Source: Dickeya solani IPO 2222
Lineage (GTDB): Bacteria; Pseudomonadota; Gammaproteobacteria; Enterobacterales; Enterobacteriaceae
Direction: 5' to 3'
DNA: 32,000 bases
Assembly (NCBI RefSeq): GCF_001644705.1
Contig: NZ_CP015137.1
Location: 1,050,001-1,082,000 of the forward strand
Numbering within the stretch: the stretch's first letter is position 1; each line of letters opens with the position of its first letter. The position numbers were made by a program, and so were the translations under genes. Shown one piece after another: positions 10,566-21,519 of the stretch. The notes beneath the pieces were generated by a model. It did not search any database. It saw only the letters and a list, made by a program, of their open reading frames with translations, and had not been told where the DNA came from.

Positions 10566-11540
10566 ATGACGTTATTGAAGCCCCTTGCCGTTTTCTGTTT
10601 GTCATTATCTCTGGTTCCGGCATTCGCCAACGCCGAAGCGGTCGCGCAGGTCAAAACCCAGCCCGGTTATTACCGCATTATGGTCGGGCAGTATGAAATC
10701 ACCGCGCTGTCCGACGGCACCAACACCATGCCGATGGACAAGCTGCTCACCCACACTCCACGGGAGAAAATCGTCAGCCTGCTGGAAGCCAACTACCTGA
10801 AACCACAGGTGGAAACCTCCATCAACGCGTTTCTGATCAATACCGGCAAAAACCTGATTCTGGTCGACAGCGGCACCGGCGCGCTGGGCGGAAAAACCAC
10901 CGGCAAAACGCTGGCCAACCTGAAAGCGGCCGGGTACCAACCGGAACAGGTCGATACCGTACTGGTGACCCACCTGCATGCCGATCACTTCGGCGGACTG
11001 GTCAGCGACGGCAAGCTGGTGTATCCCAACGCCACCATTTACGTGAATCAGAAAGACACCGATTTCTGGCTGAGCCCGGATAATCTGAAAAAAGCGCCGC
11101 AGGACAAAAAAGCCGGATTTGAGCGGGTGCAGGACGTGTTCCGCCACATCCGCGAAGCCGGCAAACTCAAGACCTTTACCGATCATCAGTCTCTTCCAGC
11201 CAGTATTACCGCGGTGCCTACGCCAGGCCATACCCCCGGCCATACCGCTTTTCTGGTCAACAGTGAGGGTCAGAAAATCCTGCTGTGGGGTGACATCGTG
11301 CACGCCGAAGCGGTGCAAATGCCGTTGCCGGACACCGCCATCGCGTTTGACTCCGATAGCGAGCAGGCGGTTCGCACCCGCGATGCATTGCTGAAAGAGA
11401 CGGTGAAGCAGGGTTACTGGGTGGCGGGCGCACACCTGCCGTTCCCCGGCATCGGTCACGTAGCGGTACAGCAGGATGCCAGCGGCAAAACCAACGGCTA
11501 TCGTTGGCTACCGGTCAATTACAGCCTGTCGGGGTTGTGA
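10566..11540 (+). CDS. Exported metallo-beta-lactamase-fold hydrolase of unknown substrate
   Basis: I trimmed the ORF from 10485 to ATG 10566, which has AAGGAA 7 nt upstream. The signal peptide reads MTLLKPLAVFCLSLSLVPAFANA/EA. The MBL metal motif is THLHADHFGG, followed by later His/Asp ligands PTPGHTPGH and WGDIVH. Confidence 0.85.
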   Translation: MTLLKPLAVFCLSLSLVPAFANAEAVAQVKTQPGYYRIMVGQYEITALSDGTNTMPMDKLLTHTPREKIVSLLEANYLKPQVETSINAFLINTGKNLILVDSGTGALGGKTTGKTLANLKAAGYQPEQVDTVLVTHLHADHFGGLVSDGKLVYPNATIYVNQKDTDFWLSPDNLKKAPQDKKAGFERVQDVFRHIREAGKLKTFTDHQSLPASITAVPTPGHTPGHTAFLVNSEGQKILLWGDIVHAEAVQMPLPDTAIAFDSDSEQAVRTRDALLKETVKQGYWVAGAHLPFPGIGHVAVQQDASGKTNGYRWLPVNYSLSGL

Positions 11541-11553
11541 GTCACAGTTAGCC

Positions 11554-11585
11554 TCAAAAAAACGGGCTTTCGCAGAAAGCCCGTT
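11554..11585 (-). terminator. Rho-independent terminator after rhiN; the hairpin is shared with the convergent MBL gene
   Basis: A perfect 10-bp stem AACGGGCTTT / AAAGCCCGTT (11561-11570 and 11576-11585) encloses a 5-nt loop. On the minus strand it is followed by T7 (A-run 11555-11562 on plus). Confidence 0.85.
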
Positions 11586-11612
11586 CAACATCCCCTCTCA
11601 CGTCGACGCGTA

Positions 11613-12752
11613 TCACAGATAGACGCGCAAATACTCCGACAGACACAGAATCGCCATCGCCTGGCCGTAAGGCATTGAGGTCAGCGGAATCTGGCGGTAA
11701 TAGTCCAGCTCCTTGCCCATCGCCGTGCCGAAGGACACGTTCAGCAACTCCCCGTTCTCGCTGATATTCGCCACCACGCCGCGCATCGCCTTTTCCGCCA
11801 CCTCGGCGTAGCAACGGTCAATGTAGCGCTTGCGCACCGCTTTAAGGATGCCGTAGGCAAACCCGGCGGTGGCGGAGCTTTCCAGATAAGAGGTGGGGTC
11901 ATCCAGCAAGGTGTGCCACAGGCCGCTGTCGTCCTGATACTTCGCCAGCGCTTCCACCTGACTTTCCAGCACCTGAATCAGAAAACGGCGGGTAGCGTTG
12001 TGTTCGGGCAGATCCAGCAATTCGATGAATTCCGGGATCACAATGGTCAGCCAGCTGTTGCCGCGCGCCCAGCGAGCCTGCGCAAAACTGTGGTTGCCGT
12101 CGAAGGTCCAGCCGTGGAACCACAGGCCGCTCTGGCGATCCATCAGGTACTGCACGTGCAACAGGAACTGGTAAGTGGCTTCTTCGACAAACTCGGGGCG
12201 GTTGAGCAATTTGCCGATTTTCGCCAGCGGCAGCACGCTCATCATCAACGTATCGTCCCACAGTTGATCGGTGTTTTCGCTGTTGTAGACGATATGCTGC
12301 AAACCGTTCTTGTGGGTACGCGGCATGTCGTGCATCACCCATTCCGCCCAGCGTTCGAGATACGGCAGCCAACGGCTGTCGCCGGTTTCTTCATAACGGT
12401 AGGCCAGCGTCAGGAACGGACATACCGTGTTGACGTTTTTGGTCGGCGTCCCTTCGGCCAGCCGGGCGGTGAACCAGTCATCGATGATGGCGCGCATCCG
12501 GTCATCACCGGTCTGGCGATAATACTGGTAGATGCCGTACAGCCCGATGCCGTGCGTCCATTCCCAGCCGGCCCAGCCCTTGGTATCAATGACCCGGCCG
12601 TCATCCAGCCGTAACAGGAATTCACCGGTTTTATCCTCAATGTTGATCAGATTGTCGGTCACCCGGCAAATCAACGCTTTTAGAGCGTCCCGGGAGATGA
12701 AGTATTCGGGCTGGCACAGCAGCGCACTCTGTTTCACAGGAAAAATGGTCAT
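11613..12752 (-). CDS. rhiN: Unsaturated rhamnogalacturonyl hydrolase (GH105, YteR/YesR family), RhiN-like
   Basis: The ORF is 379 aa with alpha/alpha-barrel family motifs WEWTHGIGLYG, WFHGW and WARGNSW. It lies immediately downstream of a GPH transporter, the published Dickeya rhiT-rhiN layout. The symbol rests on recalled literature, not on an alignment. Confidence 0.8.
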   Translation of the reverse strand: MTIFPVKQSALLCQPEYFISRDALKALICRVTDNLINIEDKTGEFLLRLDDGRVIDTKGWAGWEWTHGIGLYGIYQYYRQTGDDRMRAIIDDWFTARLAEGTPTKNVNTVCPFLTLAYRYEETGDSRWLPYLERWAEWVMHDMPRTHKNGLQHIVYNSENTDQLWDDTLMMSVLPLAKIGKLLNRPEFVEEATYQFLLHVQYLMDRQSGLWFHGWTFDGNHSFAQARWARGNSWLTIVIPEFIELLDLPEHNATRRFLIQVLESQVEALAKYQDDSGLWHTLLDDPTSYLESSATAGFAYGILKAVRKRYIDRCYAEVAEKAMRGVVANISENGELLNVSFGTAMGKELDYYRQIPLTSMPYGQAMAILCLSEYLRVYL

Positions 12753-12812
12753 AACAGATATCCAGTTCCAGTTTCGTTACACATCAATCGATGACTTCTA
12801 CTCAATAACGTC

Positions 12813-12829
12813 CCAGTCTCGCGGACTGG
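12813..12829 (-). other. Intercistronic stem-loop directly after the rhiT stop
   Basis: CCAGTC-tcgcg-GACTGG forms a 6-bp stem beginning 1 nt after the rhiT TGA (12831-12833). No U-tract follows, so this is likely an mRNA processing or stability element rather than a terminator. Confidence 0.35.
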
Positions 12830-12830
12830 C

Positions 12831-14411
12831 TCAATGCACTCCGTGGTGAGGCGTTCCGCTGGTCACCGAGCGGGCCGGTGCCTTGTGACGATTGAGATAA
12901 CCAATGTTGTTGTTCCCCCACAGGGATTCGTACGGTATACCAGCCAACATCTCCACCGTGGCGCGGGCTTCCGGCGTGACTTTTTCCGGCACGGTGCGGC
13001 CTGCTTCGCGCATTTTCGCCGTTTCCTGGCGCAGCACTTCATGCGTCTGCAGGTTCAGTTTGAAGCGCAGAGACACCAGGAACCCCAGCGTCAGTACCCC
13101 GACCGTCCCGAAGCACAGCACCATCAAAATAGTGTGGCTGACACCCGGCGCCTGCACGCTCTGACCGGAGACAAAACCGGACAACTGCAGCACGATGCCC
13201 ACCAGCATCACCGCGCCAGCCTGCGAGGCTTTACGGGTCAAGGTCATAATGCCGGCGAAGATCCCTTCACGGCGCTGCGCGGTGATGACTTCATCCACAT
13301 CAGCGATGTAGGTATAAGTATTCCAGGGCACATAGTTGATGCCGCCGCGGCCCAAACCAGCCAGACCGGACACCAGCAGCAGTAGCGAGAACGCCGAATG
13401 CATTTCGCTGTAGTACAGGAAGCCATAGGAGAGCGCGCTCAGGCCAAACAGGCAGACCACCATGCGGTAGGAGGGCGCCGGGCCGAACTTGATGCACAGC
13501 GGGATCATCGCAATCACCGAGATAAATTGCAGGATCGCCATGGTGCCCATCAGGTTGGACGCCATCGTCGGGCTTTGCATCAGTACGAACACCACGTAGT
13601 AGGTGAAGACCGCGTTGAACACGTCCTGTGCGATATAACCGCCCAGATACATCCCCAGATGCTGGCGGAAGATACGGATACGCAGCGTGGACAGCAGTTC
13701 AATATTGAGGCGTTTGAGGCTCTGCCCCAGCGTCAGCGACTGGCGTTCTTTTTCCGCCCGCATTGACGCTTCCGACATCTGTTCGCGCGGCCGCTCCCAG
13801 GTGAAGAAATACACCAGCGTCAGCACGCAGGCGCAGATCACCGAGAACACCAGACTGGAGTAGAAGAAGGACACCGCATTGTCCTTGCCGAAATACCCCA
13901 GCAAGATACCGGGCAGAAACGCCGCCAGAATCGCCGACAGTTGCGCCAGTGCGATACGCGCGCCGGAGAACTTGGTCTTCTGTTTGAAATCATCGGTCAT
14001 TTCCGGCACCAGCGTTTCATACGGCACCAGCACCATGGTGTAGATGACGTCAAACAGCAGGTAGGTAATCAAGTAGTACCAGTAATCCATGTGGCCAACC
14101 CACATCAGGCTGTAGCTAAAAACACAGGGAATACCGAGCAGAATAAAGAACTTGCGGCGCCCGAAGCGTTTGCCCAGCCAGGTGGAGCCGAAGTTATCGG
14201 TCAGGAACCCCATCAGCGGGCTGACCACCGCATCCAGTACCCTGGCCATGGCAAAAATAAAGGTCGCCTCAATGGGCGTCAGGCCGCAAAACGTGGTGTA
14301 AAAATAGAGCAGCCAGCCAGCGGTGAGCGCCGTGGTGCCGGCCCCGAGGAAATCACCGGAACCGTAGGCCAGGTAATTCGCCAGCCCAATCTTACGTGTT
14401 TTCATCGCCAT
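12831..14411 (-). CDS. rhiT: Glycoside-pentoside-hexuronide (GPH) family cation symporter, rhamnogalacturonide transporter RhiT-like
   Basis: The ORF is 526 aa and highly hydrophobic, with multiple TM segments. The N-terminus is GPH-type (KIGLANYLAYGSGDFLGAG). An alternative start at ATG 14405 has better spacing to GAGGAAGG. It is paired with the GH105 gene. Confidence 0.85.
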   Translation of the reverse strand: MAMKTRKIGLANYLAYGSGDFLGAGTTALTAGWLLYFYTTFCGLTPIEATFIFAMARVLDAVVSPLMGFLTDNFGSTWLGKRFGRRKFFILLGIPCVFSYSLMWVGHMDYWYYLITYLLFDVIYTMVLVPYETLVPEMTDDFKQKTKFSGARIALAQLSAILAAFLPGILLGYFGKDNAVSFFYSSLVFSVICACVLTLVYFFTWERPREQMSEASMRAEKERQSLTLGQSLKRLNIELLSTLRIRIFRQHLGMYLGGYIAQDVFNAVFTYYVVFVLMQSPTMASNLMGTMAILQFISVIAMIPLCIKFGPAPSYRMVVCLFGLSALSYGFLYYSEMHSAFSLLLLVSGLAGLGRGGINYVPWNTYTYIADVDEVITAQRREGIFAGIMTLTRKASQAGAVMLVGIVLQLSGFVSGQSVQAPGVSHTILMVLCFGTVGVLTLGFLVSLRFKLNLQTHEVLRQETAKMREAGRTVPEKVTPEARATVEMLAGIPYESLWGNNNIGYLNRHKAPARSVTSGTPHHGVH

Positions 14412-14658
14412 CCTTCCTCATTGATTGTATTTATGAAGGTGTTGCAGCGGACCCAAAAACATCGGGCCGCCGTAGCGTTAAAGTAGCGAGACGGCAAGGC
14501 AAAAACCTTTGCGCGTTTGCCACGGCCCGGGATGGATTGGCATCCCAGAGAAGAACGTGGCGATCGAGCTCAAGCTTTTATAAAAAAGTATTTTAGGCCA
14601 ATAAAACCAATGGTTCGTTTATGGCGATCACAAGGTGAGCGGGTCAGTTTGAAGGCTG

Positions 14659-14696
14659 AAAAACAACCGGAACGCCTCGTGATGGCGGCGCTCCGG
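14659..14696 (-). terminator. Rho-independent terminator of the receptor / binding-protein operon
   Basis: On the minus strand CCGGAGCGCC-(10 nt)-GGCGTTCCGG forms a 10-bp stem with one G-U pair. It is followed by TTGTTTTT and starts 5 nt after the binding-protein stop. Confidence 0.8.
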
Positions 14697-14700
14697 GCAC

Positions 14701-15756
14701 TTAACGCGGATGCAGAATACGATCAACCTGCGCAGCACTCAGGTCAAAGCCATAGAAGCGCTGGTAGAAGTCGTGGGTCTCTTTTTCCATATCAATATGT
14801 TGCATTTGCTGCGGGTAGAGCGTTTTCGCCAGCCACAGAAACTGTAACGCCTGCTCGGACGTTTCCCTACACCACCAGAACATCCCCTGCGGATTGGCAT
14901 ACACCCGCCCCTGCCGGACTGCCCTTAGCGTTTGCCACTGCGGGTCCTGACGGATCGCTGCCGCATCGCTTGCGCGCATGGTGATAATCACATCGGGTTC
15001 GGCCTGCACGATCTGTTCAAGGGAGACCGGCGCCGTGCTGACGCCTGCCTGGCGAAACCAGGATTCCGCAACGTTGATCGCCCCACCGAGATCCAGCCAA
15101 TCCTGATTGAGGGAGGGGCGGCCCGACGTAGTCAGCGGATCACCCACGGCATGATAGACCTTGAGCCGCTGTTCAGGCGGAATACGTTGTATGACGTCAC
15201 TGACGCGCCGCACGTTGTCCTGATAATACGCAGCGAAATCACGGGCGCGCGCTAACGCATCAGGCCCCAGAATCTCCCCGGTAATCAGGGTGCGTTCCAC
15301 CATCGCCGCCAGCGAGTTATAGTCCAGCGCCACCACGCGGATCCCCGCCTTGCCCAGCGTATCGGCCTCCGGCAGCGGCGTACTTTGCGGCACAAACAAG
15401 ACTTGCGCGCGCATAGCCACCAGCACTTCACTGTTAATGCCCATATCGCCGTTGCGCGACGCCAAAGCCGCCTGCACGATCGACGGCACAAACTGACGGA
15501 ACAACGGCGTATCGCGCACTATTTTGGTGGTAGCAACAATGCGATCGCCATAGCCCAGCATGGCGATAATCGAATTCTGCGCGTTCCAGGACGTGGCGAT
15601 GCGCTCGATCCGAGCGGGCACCTCAACCGTACGATCGCCGTAGTAATGCACCGTTCTTGTTGGTGCGGTATCCGCCAGCGCCGAGCCCGCCAGCAGGCAG
15701 GCGAGCAACGCCGACGATAAACGCCGCGCGCTGCGGCCAATAACCGAGTGTGTCAT
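14701..15756 (-). CDS. Periplasmic substrate-binding protein of the iron-siderophore / haem / cobalamin class (Peripla_BP_2-like), with no adjacent permease or ATPase
   Basis: I trimmed from 15837 to ATG 15756, giving the signal peptide MTHSVIGRSARRLSSALLACLLAGSALA/DT. The mature part shows the two-lobe pattern typical of this class (..RIATSWNAQNSIIAMLGYGDRIVAT.. and ..PDVIITMRASD..). The ATG lies 4 nt after the receptor TGA, with GGTGA just upstream. Confidence 0.8.
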   Translation of the reverse strand: MTHSVIGRSARRLSSALLACLLAGSALADTAPTRTVHYYGDRTVEVPARIERIATSWNAQNSIIAMLGYGDRIVATTKIVRDTPLFRQFVPSIVQAALASRNGDMGINSEVLVAMRAQVLFVPQSTPLPEADTLGKAGIRVVALDYNSLAAMVERTLITGEILGPDALARARDFAAYYQDNVRRVSDVIQRIPPEQRLKVYHAVGDPLTTSGRPSLNQDWLDLGGAINVAESWFRQAGVSTAPVSLEQIVQAEPDVIITMRASDAAAIRQDPQWQTLRAVRQGRVYANPQGMFWWCRETSEQALQFLWLAKTLYPQQMQHIDMEKETHDFYQRFYGFDLSAAQVDRILHPR

Positions 15757-15760
15757 CGCA

Positions 15761-17941
15761 TCACCAGTCAACGGAGAGGGAAGCGCGAATTTCTCGCGGG
15801 TCGCCCAGGAAAGCACTGGCGGAACCGTTATTGCCATCGGTACTGCCGGGGAAAATGGAAGCCCAATAGCGCTCGTTAGTGACGTTGTTCACCATCACAC
15901 GCAGTGCCGCCTTTTTATCGTGCAGTTTAAAGCCGTAGCGCGCGCCGAGATCCAGCGTGGTGACCCCCGATGCCCAGGAGGTATTGGTGTCGTTAGCCGC
16001 GCGCTTACCGGTGTAGTGCAGATTAGCCTGATACACCAGATCCGGGTGTGCCGGGTGGCTATACTCCGCCAGCAGGTTAGCCTGAAACGTCGGCACGCCC
16101 ACTACCCGCTTGTTGCGGGTTTCCGCCAGCGCGGTTTCCTTCAATTTGGGATCGAGCAGCGTCATGCTGCCGAACAGGTGTAGTCCATCCCAGACTTCGC
16201 CATCCGCCATCAGTTCCAGACCGTTGTTGACCTGCTTACCTTGCTCTTTGTAGATGTTGTCCACCGCATTGGTATAGGCAAACGGACGTTCTAACCGGAA
16301 TAGCGCGGCATTCAGGTTAACGCTACCCCATTGGGATTTCACCCCGGCCTCATATTGGGTACTACGATAAGGCTTCAATACCTTACCTTCGTTGGCCGCA
16401 CCGGTGGGCGCGACGCCCCCTTGCTCAAGGGAATCCGCATAGGCGACGTAGGTCATGACATTGGGCAACACCTTATACATCAGGGAGACCGTCGGACTGG
16501 TGCCGGTATCATGTTGAACATCGCCGTCACCGCCGTAGCTACGCGAGGTGATCCAACTCTGGCTGACGACGCCCATGGCCGACCAGCGATCGTTAAAGGT
16601 CACCGTGTCTCCCGCGGTGACCGCCTGCTGACTGCTGCGGCTATCCTTGTAACGCCCGGAACCCGCGTAAAAACGGCCATCGCTCGGATCGTTAAAATGG
16701 CCCGGTGCGTCAATGGTGCTGTTGCCAAGCAGGTAGCGGTTGCTGCTGCCCAGTGCGGCATAGTTGGTCCACTGGAATCCGGTGGTGCTGAATACCACAT
16801 CGTGAGATAAGCCGTCGGTATCAATATGGCCGTTCAGCTGCAACGTATTGCTCAACACCCGGAACCGCCCGGCGCTATAGGGTTGTGTCAATGTGGTACG
16901 CAGCGAGCCCTGATTGTCGGTAATCGAATGGGTTAACGTTCGCATGCCGCGATCCGCCGTCTGGTAACCGACACCACCGGTGATAACCCAATCATTATTG
17001 AAATAGTGTTTGAGACGGGTGCTAACCGTTTTGGTCACCAGATCCAGTCCGGCATACGATTGTCCAAATCCTTTGCGACTGACATCCGGCGCGCTGGGAA
17101 GCTGGACGTTCGGTCCATAGGAAAAGCCGCCGGCATAGCCCATCTTATTGAAGCGGTATTCGCTGGCATTAAATTCCAGTACCGTATCCGGGGAGAGGTT
17201 CCAATCCAGCGCCACGCTGGCCAGACGACGACGCAGCGTACTATCGCTAACGTTACCCTCGCCTTCATCATGCAGCAGGTTGATACGATAGCCAAACCGA
17301 TCGTTTTCCCCAACGTGCCCACCCAGATCGGCGTGACCTGAAGCGGCGCCTTTGCTGGAGTAACCGACGGTAACGCGGTTCAAGGTTTGCGCCGTGGGTC
17401 TTTTCTGCACAAAATTAAACTGCCCGGCCGGGCTGGCAGGGCCATAAAGCGCCCCCGTCAGGCTGTTGATCACATCCAACCGCTCCAGCATCTCAACAGG
17501 AAAGGCGGTGGTGGAGATGATATTGAGCCCATCGAGGCGACTGTTCGCCAGCACATCCCCCTGCATACCGCGGCTTTGCGGACGGCCGACATCAATGCCG
17601 CCGCGTGCTTGCATCTGCGCCGATGCGCTGTATTTCAGCAGATCGTTGACATTTTTCGCCTGCTGGTTGGCGATCATCGCGGAGGTCACCGTGGTGGTGG
17701 AATACGGCGAGTCGATGCGGTCACGCTTGCCTAGCGGCCCGATCTCGACGGCATTGGTGTTCATCCCTGCCCCGGCCGGATAGGGAGAGGCGTCTGCGGG
17801 TTTGGCTGTGACTAACAGCACATCCGCCGATTTATCCTCATCCAGCTTCGCGCCGCCCTCGGCGGACCAGGTGGAAGAAGAAGCAGCCATCAAAGCAGGC
17901 AGTAGACAATGAATGCTGTTTTTCCATTTCTGCATTGTCAT
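15761..17941 (-). CDS. TonB-dependent outer-membrane receptor of unknown substrate
   Basis: I trimmed from 18010 to ATG 17941; an alternative start is 17935. The signal peptide ends ..AASSSTWSA/E. The TonB-box-like sequence is DVLLVTA. A plug region (LLKYSASAQMQ..RGMQGD..) and long beta-barrel repeats follow. The terminal sequence is ..ASLSVDW. Confidence 0.9.
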   Translation of the reverse strand: MTMQKWKNSIHCLLPALMAASSSTWSAEGGAKLDEDKSADVLLVTAKPADASPYPAGAGMNTNAVEIGPLGKRDRIDSPYSTTTVTSAMIANQQAKNVNDLLKYSASAQMQARGGIDVGRPQSRGMQGDVLANSRLDGLNIISTTAFPVEMLERLDVINSLTGALYGPASPAGQFNFVQKRPTAQTLNRVTVGYSSKGAASGHADLGGHVGENDRFGYRINLLHDEGEGNVSDSTLRRRLASVALDWNLSPDTVLEFNASEYRFNKMGYAGGFSYGPNVQLPSAPDVSRKGFGQSYAGLDLVTKTVSTRLKHYFNNDWVITGGVGYQTADRGMRTLTHSITDNQGSLRTTLTQPYSAGRFRVLSNTLQLNGHIDTDGLSHDVVFSTTGFQWTNYAALGSSNRYLLGNSTIDAPGHFNDPSDGRFYAGSGRYKDSRSSQQAVTAGDTVTFNDRWSAMGVVSQSWITSRSYGGDGDVQHDTGTSPTVSLMYKVLPNVMTYVAYADSLEQGGVAPTGAANEGKVLKPYRSTQYEAGVKSQWGSVNLNAALFRLERPFAYTNAVDNIYKEQGKQVNNGLELMADGEVWDGLHLFGSMTLLDPKLKETALAETRNKRVVGVPTFQANLLAEYSHPAHPDLVYQANLHYTGKRAANDTNTSWASGVTTLDLGARYGFKLHDKKAALRVMVNNVTNERYWASIFPGSTDGNNGSASAFLGDPREIRASLSVDW

Positions 17942-18130
17942 TTTTTTATCTCGGTTTTGTATGTTGTTTATCGATATGTATTTTTTTATATATCGACGCG
18001 CAATATACAAAGATACGAGACGACTTTAAGAAAAACTCTCGTTCTCATTGCCCAGGATCAATTGATAATTAACAGAAAAATAAAATGCAATTACTAAGGG
18101 GTAGTAAACATTACTCTTAAGGGGCAAGTC
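17942..18130 (-). promoter_or_regulatory. AT-rich upstream region of the TonB-dependent receptor gene
   Basis: The region is strongly AT-rich. It holds a 7-bp inverted repeat TCGATAT-N12-ATATCGA (17971-17996) overlapping TATATAA-type -10 candidates. One GATAAT hexamer lies at 18064-18069. The best hand-aligned Fur-box matches reach only about 10 of 19. Confidence 0.45.
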
Positions 18131-18186
18131 AGGCGCCACCGATATCGAAAAAATCCGGGCAGAAAAATTGGCCGTGGAGTAGCCGC

Positions 18187-18222
18187 ATAAAAAAACCCCG
18201 GGTGCCGAAGCCCACCGGGGTT
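18187..18222 (-). terminator. Rho-independent terminator of eno
   Basis: The minus strand reads AAACCCCGGTGGGCTTCGGCACCCGGGGTTTTTTT. It has a GC-rich stem, a CTTCGG loop and a T7 tail. Confidence 0.9.
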
Positions 18223-18226
18223 TATC

Positions 18227-18246
18227 GCCGGGCGCGAACGCCCGGC
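18227..18246 (-). other. Additional perfect hairpin just after the eno stop
   Basis: GCCGGGCG-cgaa-CGCCCGGC forms an 8-bp stem with a 4-nt loop. It lies 13 nt below the eno TAA (18260-18262) and has no U-tract of its own. Confidence 0.6.
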
Positions 18247-18259
18247 ACAAGGCAGACGC

Positions 18260-19591
<1,332 letters not shown>

Positions 19592-19596
19592 TCAGA

Positions 19597-19630
19597 CGGC
19601 AACGCGCGATCGGAAGACCGCGCGTTGCCG
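19597..19630 (-). terminator. Strong pyrG-eno intercistronic hairpin (attenuator or partial terminator)
   Basis: A perfect 12-bp stem CGGCAACGCGCG / CGCGCGTTGCCG encloses a 10-nt loop. On the minus strand it is followed by TCTGAGGTTTTAGTTT, and the U-rich part is not immediately adjacent. Confidence 0.5.
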
Positions 19631-19655
19631 CAAAACTCATTTCACCGGCAAAACC

Positions 19656-21308
<1,653 letters not shown>

Positions 21309-21347
21309 TTAGGTTTAAGGACGATGGAAAGACCAGGACGGGAAAGT

Positions 21348-21376
21348 AGTATACCCGAACCTGGGAGGCGTCACAA
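21348..21376 (-). promoter_or_regulatory. Candidate sigma-70 promoter for pyrG
   Basis: On the minus strand TTGTGA (21376-21371) is separated by 17 nt from TATACT (21353-21348), about 55 nt upstream of the pyrG ATG. The -35 lies inside the proximal arm of a perfect 9-bp inverted repeat. Confidence 0.4.
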
Positions 21377-21446
21377 ATGATCGTTTTACCCTTTGTGACG
21401 TTGACAGGCTCCGGCTGATGCGGTATCTCCCGCCCGAGCGGGAGAT
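21369..21446 (-). other. Two perfect 9-bp inverted repeats upstream of pyrG
   Basis: The first is CGTCACAAA-N14-TTTGTGACG (21369-21400). The second is ATCTCCCGC-ccga-GCGGGAGAT (21425-21446). Neither has a U-tract. Confidence 0.7.
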
Positions 21447-21519
21447 GATGACCGGGTTTAAAATCAGCCGGATAGCGCCTAAAACCGAAAAAAATCCGGC
21501 TTTCATTCAGGAAATGATT

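Noticed and set aside
14412-14658. A KdgR operator upstream of rhiT
   Set aside because: The closest candidate is ATAAAC-N9-GTTTTAT around the AACCAATGGTT palindrome. It has the wrong half-site sequence and spacing relative to the TGAAAC-N3-GTTTCA core as I recall it.
17942-18130. A Fur box upstream of the TonB-dependent receptor
   Set aside because: Hand alignment to GATAATGATAATCATTATC gives at best about 10 of 19, around 18030-18050 and 18052-18072. That is too weak to annotate as a site without a scoring matrix.
18026-18250. A 74-aa minus-strand ORF between eno and the receptor gene
   Set aside because: It is built from the eno terminator hairpins and the AT-rich promoter region. It has no SD and no recognisable fold.
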